64,000 nt of DNA from Hemiscyllium ocellatum (lineage: Eukaryota), in NCBI RefSeq assembly GCF_020745735.1, contig NW_026869102.1, positions 128,367 to 192,366 on the forward strand, written 5' to 3'. The notes under the pieces were generated by a model. It made no database searches, was not told where the DNA came from, and saw only the letters and a program-made list of their open reading frames with translations. Shown here one piece after another: positions 47,391 through 58,900 of the stretch (positions are counted from its first letter, which is position 1; each line of letters starts with the position of its first letter). The translations under genes and the position numbers were made by a program.

Positions 47391-47989
47391 AAGTTGTATA
47401 AAAAGGTTCAAAACCATATAACTGAAGCCCCTGGCAGATTGTAGCCCCGATGTTAGTGGGTGAGAGCAGGGAGGGGGCGAGTCCAGGTACTCTGTGTGCA
47501 TGTGTGCACTCCAGCACAGTAGCTATGTGTGCGCTGGATCCTCAGCAGAGCTTACTACAGCCTAGTACAGGCAATCCAGCAGAAACCTCCTTTCCTGTGA
47601 AGGAAAGTGACCCATTTCTGCCTGGGTAGAAAAGGACACGAAAATCTCTAGCTGCTACCTCTGCTGCCTCGTGTTGTTTAGAAAGAGCCAGCAGCAACAG
47701 AAATAAAACCATTCATTGCCGTCTGTGATCAGAACTGGTGCTATTGAACTGTGCTTCTCTTTTATTTCCCCAATCCCTTTACAGTATTCACGTGGTCTTT
47801 GTTCATGTGCGACTCTGTGGAAATGTTGTGAATGGGGGTAGAGTTCAAGTCACACAGTTATAGATCAGTAAAGTCCACTTATTTACTTCTCACCTTAAGC
47901 TGCAAGGTTATTTCCAATAAATAATGGTTTTTGTCAATGATGAGAAAAGCTCGTGTGTGTGTTCTTTCGGTAGCATTGGGACTTTCCAT

Positions 47990-48135
47990 GAGTTTCATCA
48001 AATGCTTCTTTGTAACTACTCTGGGAATAGAGTGGATTCCCTACAGTGTGGAAACAGGCCCTTTGGCCCAACAAGTCCACACTGACCCTCCGAAGAGTGA
48101 CCCACCTAGACCCATTTCCCTCTGACTAATGCACC
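47990..48135. mobile_element. Fragment of another interspersed repeat (CTACAGTGTGGAAACAGGCCCTTTGGCCCAACAAGTCCACACTGACCCTCCGAAGAGTGACCCACCTAGACCCATTTCCCTCTGACTAATGCACCTAACACTATGAGCAATTTAGCACAGCC).
   Basis: Recognised as a recurrent shark-genome repeat family; orientation not assigned. Confidence 0.5.
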
Positions 48136-48229
48136 TAACACTATGAGCAATTTAGCACAGCCCATGCCCCCACTCCCCCGTGAGAAACCACAAAGTCTTT
48201 TATCTGTAGCAACGTGAATACAGCCTTAG

Positions 48230-49070
48230 CTGACTGCTGGGGCGAAGGAGGCAGGGAGGCTGCAGAGGCAGGTTCGGAGACTGGGCAAAGAGTACAATGT
48301 GGGGAAGTGCGAGGGTCATGGACTTTGGGAAGAGGGATAGAGGTAAGGATATTTTCCAAACTTGGAGAAAGCACAGAAATCTGGAGTGCCAAGGGACCTG
48401 GGAGTTCTAGTCCAGGATTCTCTCAAAGTAAAGGTGCAGGTTGGGTCAGTCATTAGGAAGGCAAACACAACGATGGCATGAATTGAGAGAATACCAGGAT
48501 ATAAAAGCAGGGATGTACCTCTCAGGCTCCTTCAGGCTCTGGTCAGACCACGTTTGGAGTATTGTGTGCACGGTTTTGGGCCCAGTATCCCAGGAAGGAT
48601 GTACTGGCCCCTGGAGCGTTCACCGGAATGGTCCCAGGAACCTAAGGTTTAACGCGTGAGGAACGTTTGAGGACTCTGGGCCTGTACTCGATGGAGTTGA
48701 GAGGGATGAGGGGGGGACTTACAAAATACCGACCGGCCTGGACAGAGTGGGTGTCGGGGAGATGTTCCCATTGGGAGGAGAGACTGGGACTCACGGGCAC
48801 AGCCTGAGAGTAAAGGGAAGAGCCTTTAGAACAGAGAGAAGGAGGAACCTCTCCAGCCAGGGAGTAGGGAATCTGTGGAAGTCACTGCGACCAGGAAGCT
48901 GTGGGGGCTAGGACATTCCGTCCGTGTAAGATGGAGATAGACAGCTTCTTGTGGATCGAGGGTTACCGGGAGACAGCGGGAGAATGGGCTGGAGAAAGTT
49001 AATAACTATGATTGGATGGCAGAGCAGACAGGATGGGTTGAATGGCCTCATTTCTGCTCCTGGTGGTCTT
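48230..49070 (+). mobile_element. Degenerate CR1-like LINE 3' half (..KCEVMDFGKRDRGKD...RLWSDHVWSIVCTVLGP...LRFNA*GTFEDSGPVLDGVERDEG...FRTERRRNLSSQGVGNLWKSL...), with tail.
   Basis: ORFs 48214 and 48441 plus downstream frames; a diverged family member. Confidence 0.6.
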
Positions 49071-49079
49071 TTCAGAAGT

Positions 49080-49450
49080 GACGGTCAGTGGATATTTTTT
49101 GAGGCTGGAGAGAGGTTTCTCACCAAGTTCCTCAGAGGGGGAAGGGTCAGTATCAGGAACTCGCTATGCCCGATTCTTTTTAAATTCATTCATTCACGGG
49201 ATGAGGGTGTCGCTGGCTGAGGCGGTGTCTATTCCCCATCCCGAACTGCCCAGAGGAGGGTTAAAAATCAGCCACGTAGATGTGGGTCTGGAGTCACTTG
49301 TAGGCCGGGCCAGGTAAGGACGACAGTTCCCTTCCCTCAGTGACCAGGTGGGGGGTTTATTTTTGACAGTGGATTCATGGTCACCATTAGACTCCTCATT
49401 TCCTGATTTTTAAAAATTATTTGCTTTTATTGAATTTAAATTCTACCGTT
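49080..49450 (-). mobile_element. Inverse copy of the SINE-like repeat seen at 46020-46295 (…AAATTCAATAAAAGCAAATAATTTTTAAAAATCAGGAAATGAGGAGTCTAATGGTGACCATGAATCCACTGTCAAAAATAAACCCCCCACCTGGTCACTGAGG on the minus strand).
   Basis: Reverse-complement similarity to 46020-46295 and to the typical terminal region of this repeat. Confidence 0.5.
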
Positions 49451-49584
49451 ACCTGGGTTACCCAGGCAGTGCGACCAGGACATCACCTCCCGAGCTGGAC
49501 TCTGGAGAAGGGCGCTGAGGGAGCTTTGGAGTTAGGATGAGGAGGAGGGACATGGGATGGTCATTCGGACAGACACAGAGTGCG

Positions 49585-49745
49585 CAGGAAAGTCAGGGGT
49601 AGTGCTGGAAAAGCACAGCAAGTCAGGAGTGAAGGGCTTTTGCCCGGAATGTCGACTTTCCTGCTCCTCGGATGCTGCCTGACCTGCTGTGTTTTTCCAG
49701 CACCTCTCTAATCTCCAGCGTCTGCGGGACCCACTGCGGCCAGGG
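49585..49745. mobile_element. Foldback SINE-core hairpin (GTGCTGGAAAAGCACAGCAAGTCAGGAGTGAAGGGCTTTTGCCCGGAATGTCGACTTTCCTGCTCCTCGGATGCTGCCTGACCTGCTGTGTTTTTCCAGCAC) downstream of the gene.
   Basis: Inverted arms read directly. Confidence 0.75.
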
Positions 49746-50007
49746 AGGTCAGTGCCAGGCAATGGTGCTCACCTTGCAGAGCTAGTACCAGCAGAGTGGG
49801 CCGAATAGCCTGTGCTAGAACACGTCAGTAAAGGCCAGGCACTGGGATCCATGTCTAATACCAGGAGGAGAGATCAACCCCTCACTGTTACCCGGTTACT
49901 CCTGGTTTTGCTCTGTCTCGTTCTTCCCTTTTACAGGAGACATTCCCACCACAGGCAAGGAATTCCTGCCGAGGGGAACACGTCTCCTAACAGGGAGGTG
50001 GGGGGAG

Positions 50008-51150
50008 GACACTGACTCTCCCCGGGGTCCAGGGAGACACACTGACTCTCCCCAGGGTCCAGGGAGACACACTGACTCTCCTCGGGGTACAGGGGAACAC
50101 ACTGACTCTCCCCGGGGTACAGGGGAGACACACTGACTCTCCCCAGGGTACAGGGGAGACACACTGACTCTCCCCGGGGTACAGGGGAGACACACTGACT
50201 CTCCCCAGGGTACAGGGGAGACACACTGACTCTCCCCAGGGTACAGGGGAGACACACTGACTCTCCCCAGGGTACAGGGGAGACACACTGACTCTCCCCA
50301 GGGTACAGGGGAGACACACTGACTCTCCTCGGGGTACAGGGAAACACACTGACTCTCCCCGGGGTACAGGGGAGACACACTGACCCACCCCGGGGTACAG
50401 GGGAGACACACTGACCCTCCCCAGGGTACAGGGGAGACACACTGACTCTCCCCAGGGTACAGGGGAGACACACTGACTCTCCCCGGGGTACAGGGGAGAC
50501 ACACTGACTCTCCCCAGGGTACAGGGGAGACACACTGACTCTCCCCAGGGTACAGGGGAGACACACTGACTCTCCTCGGGGTACAGGGAAACACACTGAC
50601 TCTCCCCGGGGTACAGGGGAGACACACTGACTCTCCCCGGGGTACAGGGGAGACACACTGACTCTCCCCAGGGTACAGGGGAGACACACTGACCCACCCC
50701 GGGGTACAGGGGAGACACACTGACTCTCCTCGGGGTACAGGGAAACACACTGACTCTCCCCGGGGTACAGGGGAGACACACTGACTCTCCCCGGGGTACA
50801 GGGGAGACACACTGACTCTCCCCAGGGTACAGGGGAGACACACTGACCCACCCCGGGGTACAGGGGAACACACTGACCCTCCCCGGGGTACAGGGAGACA
50901 CACTGACTCTCCCCGGGTTACGGGGGAGACACTGACTCTCCCCGGGGTACGGGGAGACACTGACTCTCCCCGGGGTACGGGGGAGACACTGACTCTCCCC
51001 GGGGTACAGAGGGAGACACTGACTCTCCCCGGGATACAGGGGAGACACTGACTCTGCCCGGGGTATGGGGAGACACTGACTCTCCCTGGGGTACAGGGGG
51101 AGACACTGACTCTCCCTGGGATACGGGGGAGACACTGACTCTCCCCGGGA
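50008..51150. repeat. 31-bp minisatellite CACTGACTCTCCCCRGGGTACAGGGGAGACA, ~37 copies; the distal third has 30-bp ACTGACTCTCCCCGGGGTACGGGGGAGAC variants.
   Basis: Direct reading. Minus-strand ORFs of 521, 504 and 306 aa are stop-free artefacts. Confidence 0.95.
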
Positions 51151-51519
51151 GTGCACCTGCAGACAGTGAGACTGTTTTGTCTCGGCGCTGAGTGAATGCG
51201 AGTGTGGCATTTGAGAACGAAAGAGGGGGAACTGAGAGATGGAGAGAGAGAGAGAGAGATGGTGATTTGGAGGAGAAATAGATTTGGAGAGAAAGAAATG
51301 ACAAGGCCAAAGGTAATTAACTTCAGGCCTAAAATAAACAGGAGAGAAATGTGAATGAGGTGGAGGCTGAGAGAGAGTGAGATGGTGAAAGGTACAGAGA
51401 GATACACAGAGGTACAGAGAGATAGAGAGAACGAGGAGTAGATAGAAATGAAGAGATACACAGATGAAAAGCAGAGGGAGAGCAGTTGGAGAACAAGACA
51501 AGACCTGGCAGTTCAGGTC

Positions 51520-52210
51520 TTAATATTAATGAGAGAGGGAGTGTGTGAGAGGGAGAGAGAGAGAGATGGCTCTGTGATGCAGAAATCAGTGAAGAGATAT
51601 TAATGAGAGAGGGAGTGTGTGAGAGGGAGGGAGAGAGAGATGGCTCTGTGATGCAGAAATCAGTGAAGGGATATTAATGAGAGAGGGAGTGTGTGAGAGG
51701 GAGGGAGGGAGAGAGAGAGATGGCTCTGTGATGCAGAAATCAGTGAAGAGATATTAATGAGAGAGGGAGTGTGTGAGAGGGAGAGAGAGAGAGATGGCTC
51801 TGTGATGCAGAAATCAGTGAAGGATATTAATGAGAGAGAGAGTGTGAGAGAGGGAGGGAGGGAGAGATGGCTCTGTGATGGAGAAATCACTGAAGAGATA
51901 TTAATGAGAGAGAGAGTGTGAGAGAGGGAGGGAGAGAGAGATGGCTCTGTGATGGAGAAACCAGTGAAGAGATATTAATGAGAGAGGGAGTGTGTGAGAG
52001 GGAGGGAGGGAGGGAGAGATGGCTCTGTGATGCAGAAATCAGTGAAGAGATATTAATGAGAGAGGGAGTGTGAGAGAGGGAGGGAGAGATGGCTCTGTGA
52101 TGCAGAAACCAGTGAAGAGATATTAATGAGAGAGGGAGTGTGTGAGAGGGAGGGAGAGAGAGATGGCTCTGTGATGCAGAAACCAGTGAAGAGATATTAA
52201 TGAGAGGGGA
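51520..52210. repeat. 70-85-bp tandem repeat x~9 (GATATTAATGAGAGAGGGAGTGTGTGAGAGGGAGGGAGAGAGAGATGGCTCTGTGATGCAGAAATCAGTGAAGA), with variable (GA)/(GGGA) tracts.
   Basis: ATATTAATGAG anchors at 51524, 51598, 51671, 51751, 51824, 51908 and onward. Confidence 0.9.
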
Positions 52211-52254
52211 CTTGGCCACGTGACCTGTGTGTGTGAGCTCTTTGTTATGAGGAG

Positions 52255-52258
52255 GGAG

Positions 52259-52292
<34 letters not shown>

Positions 52293-52300
52293 CATTTACA
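52255..52300. repeat. (GT)11(GA)8 compound microsatellite.
   Basis: Direct reading. Confidence 0.9.
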
Positions 52301-52994
52301 CACCCTGCAATCTCCCCCCTGCTCCGCTTGGCTGGGCTGGGTGTTTAGGTTTGTCTTCTCCTTGGCAGGGTAGTGGTTCTCACCGCTCCTCTCCTCCCTG
52401 CTGTCTGCTCGTTGTGAGAATATGAATTATTGACTGGCGGATCTTGCCAAAGCTGCTGTTCCTTCCAGCCCTTTTCTGACGAGACATAACGGTGAGTATC
52501 TGGCTCACTCTGTACTGAATTCTGCCTTGTCCTCCCATTTATTCCCAGGGTAAACAGCTAGATGCAGATGATGTCTCTCGGAGATACTGAGGGAAATCGC
52601 AGGGTTCCGCTGGTAGAGAGGCCACTGTGTTAGTGATTGATGGCAGTGTTGACATTTCCCGGGGTTCCAAGACCTGCCTTAGACAGTGAATGCAGCAGCA
52701 ACACCACCCCCACCCCTCGCCCCAACTACAGATCTGGCCCGATAATGGCCACCCCCTCCACACTATCAGCATCCCCCAAACTGCCTGCTAATCTTCACAG
52801 CAAACACAGTCTCAATTTACACTCAGCGCTGTTCACTCATTCTCCACATCCACGCTGTCTCAATGGACCCATCGCACTCAGAACCTGCTCACTGCCTTGT
52901 AACCGGCCCCAGCCGCCCTCCCAGGGACCAGCCAACAAGAATTGGCCAGAGCAGCTCCTCAGGACCAAAAGCAAAACCTGCTTTTAATTCAGAA

Positions 52995-55900
52995 GAGTAA
53001 GGGTCACCAATGTTCATTCAGCAGGGTAAGGGTCACTCACTGTGTAACCGTACAGAGTCAGTGTTTATACAGCAGGGTAAGGGTCACTCACTGTGTAACC
53101 GTACTGTGTCAGTGTTTATACAGCAGGGTAAGGGTCACTCACTGTGTAACCGTGCAGAGTCATGGTTTATACAGTAGGGTAAGGGTCACTCACTGTGTAA
53201 CTGTACAGAGTCAGGAAGGGTCACTCACTGTATAGCTGTACAGAGTCAGGAAGGGTCACTCCCTGTATAACTGTACAGAGTCAGTGTTTATTCAGCAGGG
53301 TAAGGGTCACTCATTGTGTAACCATACAGAGTCAGTGTTTATACAGCAGGGTAAGGGTCACTCACTGTGTAACCGTACAGAGTCAGTGTTTATACAGCAG
53401 GGTAAGGGTCACTGTGTAACCGTACAGAGTCAGTGTTTATACAGCAGGGTAAGGGTCACTCACTGCGTAACCGTACGGAGTCAGTGTTTATTCAGCAGGG
53501 TAAGGGTCACTCACTGTGTAACCGTACAGAGTCAGTGTTTATACAGCAGGGTAAGGGTAACTCACTGTGTAACCGTACGGAGTCAGTGTTTATTCAGCAG
53601 AGTAAGGGTCACTCACTGTGTAACCGTACAGAGTCAGTGTTTATACAGCAGGGTAAGGGTCACTCACTGTGTAACCGTACAGAGTCAGTGTTTATACAGC
53701 AGGGTAAGGGTCACTCACAGTGTAACCGTACAGAGTCAGTGTTTATTCAGCAGGGTAAGGGTCACTCACTGTGTAACTGTACAGTGTCAGGAAGGGTCAC
53801 TCGCTGTATATCTGTACAGACTCAGTGTTTATACAGCAGGGTAAGGGTCACTCATTGTGTAACCATACAGAGTCAGCGTTTATACAGCAGGGTAAGGGTC
53901 ACTCACTGTGTAACCGTACAGAGTCAGTGTTTATTCAGCAGGGTAAGGGTCACTCACTGTGTAACCATACAGAATCAGTGTTTATTCAGTAGGGTAAGGG
54001 TCACTCACTGTGTAACCGTACAGAGTCAGGGTTTATACAGCAGGGTAAGGGTCACTCACTGTGTAACCGTACAGAGTCAGTGTTTATTCAGCAGGGTAAG
54101 GGTCACTCACTGTGTAACTGTACAGAGTCAGTGTTTATTCAACAGGGTAAGGGTCACTGTGTAACCGTACAGAGTCAGTGTTTATTCAGCAGGGTAAGGG
54201 TCACTCACTGTGTAACCGTACAGAGTCAGTGTTTATACAGCAGGGTAAGGGTCACTCACTGTGTAACCGTACAGAGTCAGTGTTTATACAGCAGGGTAAG
54301 GGTCACTCACTGTGTAACCGTACAGAGTCAGTGTTAATACAGCAGGGTAAGGATCACTCACTGTGTAACCATACAGAATCAGTGTTTATTCAGCAGGGTA
54401 AGGGTCACTCACTGTGTCACCGTACTGTGTCAGTGTTTATTCAGCAGGGTAAGGGTCACTCACTGTGTAACCGTACTGTGTCAGTGTTTATACAGCAGGG
54501 TAAGGGTCACTCACTGTGTAACCGTACAGAGTCAGTGTTTATACAGCAGGGTAAGGGTCACTCACTGTGTAACCGTACAGAGTCAGTGTTTATACAGCAG
54601 GGTAAGGGTCACTCACTGTGTAACCGTACAGAGTCAGTGTTTATACAGCAGGGTAAGGGTCACTCACTGTGTAACTGTACAGAGTCAGTGTTTATACAGC
54701 AGGGTAAGGGTCACTGTGTAACCGTACAGAGTCAATGTTTATACAGCAGGGTAAGGGTCACTCACTGTGTAACCGTACAGAGTCAGGGTTTATACAGCAG
54801 GGTAAGGGTCACTCACTGTGTAACCGTACAGAGTCAGTGTTCATTCAGCAGGGTAAGGGTCACTCACTGTGTAACTGTACAGAGTCAGGAAGGGTCACTC
54901 ACTGTATAACTGTACAGAGTCAGGGTTTATTCACCACGGTGAGGGTCACTCACTGTGTAACCGTACAGAGTCAGTGTTTATACAGCAGGGTAAGGGTCAC
55001 TCACTGTGTAACCGTACAGAGTCAGTGTTTATCCAGCAGGGTAAGGGTCACTCACTGTATAACCGTACAGAGTCAGTGTTTATACAGCAGGGTAAGGGTC
55101 ACTCACTGTGTAACCGTACAGAGTCAGTGTTTATACAGCAGGGTAAGGGTCACTCACTGTGTAACTGTACAGAGTCAGTGTTTATTCAGCAGAGTAAGGG
55201 TCACTGTGTAACCGTACAGAGTCAGTGTTTATTCAGCAGGGTAAGGCTCACTCACTATATAACTGTAGAGTGTCAGGAAGGGTCACTCACTGTATAACTG
55301 TACAGAGTCAGGGTTTATTCAGCAGGGTAAGGGTCACTCACTGTGTAACTGTACAGTGTCAGGAAGGGTCACTCACTGTGTAACTGTACAGAGTCAGGGT
55401 TTATTCAGCAGGGTAAGGGTCACTCACTGTGTAACCGTACAGAGTCAGGGTTTATACAGCAGGGTAAGGGTCACTCACTGTGTCACCGTACAGAGTCAGG
55501 GTTCATTCAGCAGGGTAATGGTCACTCACTGTGTAACTGTACAGAGTCAGTGTTCATACAGCAGGGTAATGGTACACGTTTATACAGCAGGGTAAGGGTC
55601 ACTGTGTAACCGTACTGAGTCAGTGTTTATACAGCAGGGTAAGGGTCACTCACTGTTTAACCGTACAGAGTCAGTGTTTATTCAGCAGGGTAAGGGTCAC
55701 TCACTGTGTAACCGTACAGAGTCAGTGTTTATTCAACAGGGTAAGGGTCACTGTGTAACCGTACAGAGTCAGTGTTTATTCAGCAGGGTAAGGGTCACTC
55801 ACTGTGTAACCGTACAGAGTCAGTGTTTATTCAGCAGGGTAAGGGTCACTCACTGTGTAACTGTACAGAGTCAGTGTTTATACAGCAGGGTAAGGGTCAC

Positions 55901-58900
55901 TCACTGTGTAACCGTACAGAGTCAGTGTTTATTCAGCAGGGTAAGGGTCACTCACTGTGTAACCGTACAGAGTCAGTGTTTATACAGCAGAGTAAGGGTC
56001 ACTCACTGTGTAACCGTACAGAGTCAGTGTTTATACAGCAGGGTAAGGGTCACTCACTGTGTAACCGTACAGAGTCAGTGTTTATACAGCAGGGTAAGGG
56101 TCACTCACTGTGTAACCGTACAGAGTCAGTGTTTATACAGCAAGGTAAGGGTCACTCACTGTGTAACCGTACAGAGTCAGTGTTTATACAGCAGGGTAAG
56201 GGTCACTCACTGTGTAACCGTACGGAGTCAGTGTTTATACAGCAGGGTAAGGGTCACTCACTGTGTAACCGTACGGAGTCAGTGTTTATTCAGCAGGGTA
56301 AGGGTCACTCACTGTGTAACCGTACAGAGTCAGTGTTTATACAGCGGGGTAAGGGTCACTCACTGTGTAACCGTACAGAGTCAGTGTTTATACAGCAGGG
56401 TAAAGGTCACTGTGTAACCGTACAGAGTCAGGGTTTATACAGCAGGGTAAGGGTCACTCACTGTGTAACCGTACAGAGTCAGTGTTTATACAGCAGGGTA
56501 AGGGTCACTGTGTAACCGTACAGAGTCAGGGTTTATTCAGCAGGGTAAGGGTCAGTCACTGTGTAACTGTACAGAGTCAGTGTTTATTCAACAGGGTAAG
56601 GGTCACTGTGTAACCGTACAGAGTCAGTGTTTATACAGCAGGATAAGGGTCACTGTGTAACCGTACAGAGTCAGTGTTTATTCAGCATGGTAAGGGTCAC
56701 TCACTGTATAACTGTAGAGTGTCAGGAAGGGTCACTCACTGTATAACTGTACAGAGTCAGGGTTTATTCAGCAGGGTAAGGGTCACTCACTGTGTAACTG
56801 TACAGTGTCAGGAAGGGTCACTCACTGTATAACTGTACAGAGTCAGGGTTTATTCAGCAGGGTAAGGGTCACTCACTGTGTAACCGTACAGAGTCAGGGT
56901 TTATACAGCAGGGTAATGGTCACTCACTGTGTAACCGTACAGAGTCAGTGTTTATTCAGCATGGTAAGGGTCACTCACTGTATAACTGTAGAGTGTCAGG
57001 AAGGGTCACTCACTGTATAACTGTACAGAGTCAGGATTTATTTAGCAGGGTATGGGTCACTCACTGTGTAACTGTACAGTGTCAGGAAGGGTCACTCACT
57101 GTGTAACTGTACAGAGTCAGGGTTTATTCAGCAGGGTAAGGGTCACTCACTGTGTCACCGTACAGAGTCAGTGTTCATTCAGCAGGGTAATGGTCACTCA
57201 CTGTGTAACTGTACAGAGTCAGTGTTTATACAGCAGGGTAATGGTACACGTTTATACAGCAGGGTAAGGGTCACTGTGTAACCGTACAGAGTCAGTGTTT
57301 ATACAGCAGGGTAAGGGTCACTCACTGTGTAACCGTACAGAGTCAGTGTTTATTCAGCAGGGTAAGGGTCACTCACTGTGTAACCGTACAGAGTCAGTGT
57401 TTATTCAACAGGGTAAGGGTCACTGTGTAACCGTACAGAGTCAGTGTTTATTCAGCAGGGTAAGGGTCACTCACTGTGTAACCGTACTGAGTCAGTGTTT
57501 ATTCAGCAGGGTAAGGGTCACTCACTGTGTAACCGTACGGAGTCAGTGTTTATACAGCAGGGTAAGGGTCACTGTGTAACCGTACAGAGTCAGGGTTTAT
57601 ACAGCAGGGTAAGGGTCACTCACTGTGTAACCGTACAGAGTCAGTGTTTATACAGCAGGGTAAGGGTCACTGTGTAACCGTACAGAGTCAGGGTTTATTC
57701 AGCAGGGTTATGGTACACGTTTATTCAGCAGGGTAAGGGTCACTGTGTAACCGTACAGAGTCAGTGTTTATTCAGCAGGGTAATGGTACACGTTTATACA
57801 GCAGGGTAAGTGTCACTGTGTAACCGTACTGAGTCAGTGTTTATTCAGCAGGGTAAGGGTCACTCACTGTGTAACCGTACAGAGTCAGTGTTTATACAGC
57901 AGGGTAAGGGTCACTCACTGCGTAACCGTACGGAGTCAGTCTTTATTCAGCAGGGTAAGGGTCACTCACTGTGTAACTGTACAGAGTCAGTGTCTATACA
58001 GCAGGGTAAGGGTCACTCACTGTGTAACCGTACAGAGTCAGTGTTTATTCAGCAGGGTAAGGGTCACTCACTGTGTAACTGTACAGTGTCAGGGTTTATT
58101 CAGCAGGGTAAGGGTCACTGTGTAACCGTACAGAGTCAGTGTTTATACAGCAGGGTAAGGGTCACTCACTGTGTAACTGTACAGAGTCAGTGTTTATACA
58201 GCAGGGTAAGGGTCACTCACTGTGTAACCGTACAGAGTCAGTGTTTATTCAGCAGGGTAAGGGTCACTCACTGTGTAACTGTACAGTGTCAGGGTTTATT
58301 CAGCAGGGTAAGGGTCACTGTGTAACCGTACAGAGTCAGTGTTTATACAGCAGGGTAAGGGTCACTCACTGTGTAACCGTACAGAGTCAGTGTTTATACA
58401 GCAGGGTAAGGGTCACTGTGTAACCGTACAGAGTCAGGGTTTATACAGCAGGGTAAGGGTCACTCACTGTGTAACCGTACAGAGTCAGTGTTTATACAGC
58501 AGGGTAAGGGTCACTGTGTAACCGTACAGAGTCAGGGTTTATTCAGCAGGGTTATGGTACACGTTTATTCAGCAGGGTAATGGTACACGTTTATACAGCA
58601 GGGCAAAGGTCACTGTGTAACCGTACAGAGTCAATGTTTATTCAGCAGGGTAAGGGTCACTCACTGTGTAACCGTACAGAGTCAGGGTTTATTCAGCAGG
58701 GTAAGGGTCACTCACTGTGTAACTGTACAGAGTCAGTGTTTATTCAACAGGGTAAGGGTCACTGTGTAACCGTACAGAGTCAGTGTTTATACAGCAGGGT
58801 AAGGGTCACTCACTGTGTAACCGTACGGAGTCAGTCTTTATTCAGCAGGGTAAGGGTCACTCACTGTGTAACCGTACAGAGTCAGTGTTTATTCAGCAGG

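Noticed and set aside
49896-51501. Minus-strand ORFs of 521, 504 and 306 aa (…PGRVSVSPLYPGESQCVSPVPRGESVC…).
   Set aside because: 31-bp minisatellite artefact.
52440-52500. Strong-looking splice donor ACATAACG|GTGAGTATC at ~52488, preceded by a CCTTCCAG acceptor-like site.
   Set aside because: The potential exon would be a few tens of nucleotides with no ORF or homology support; probably chance.
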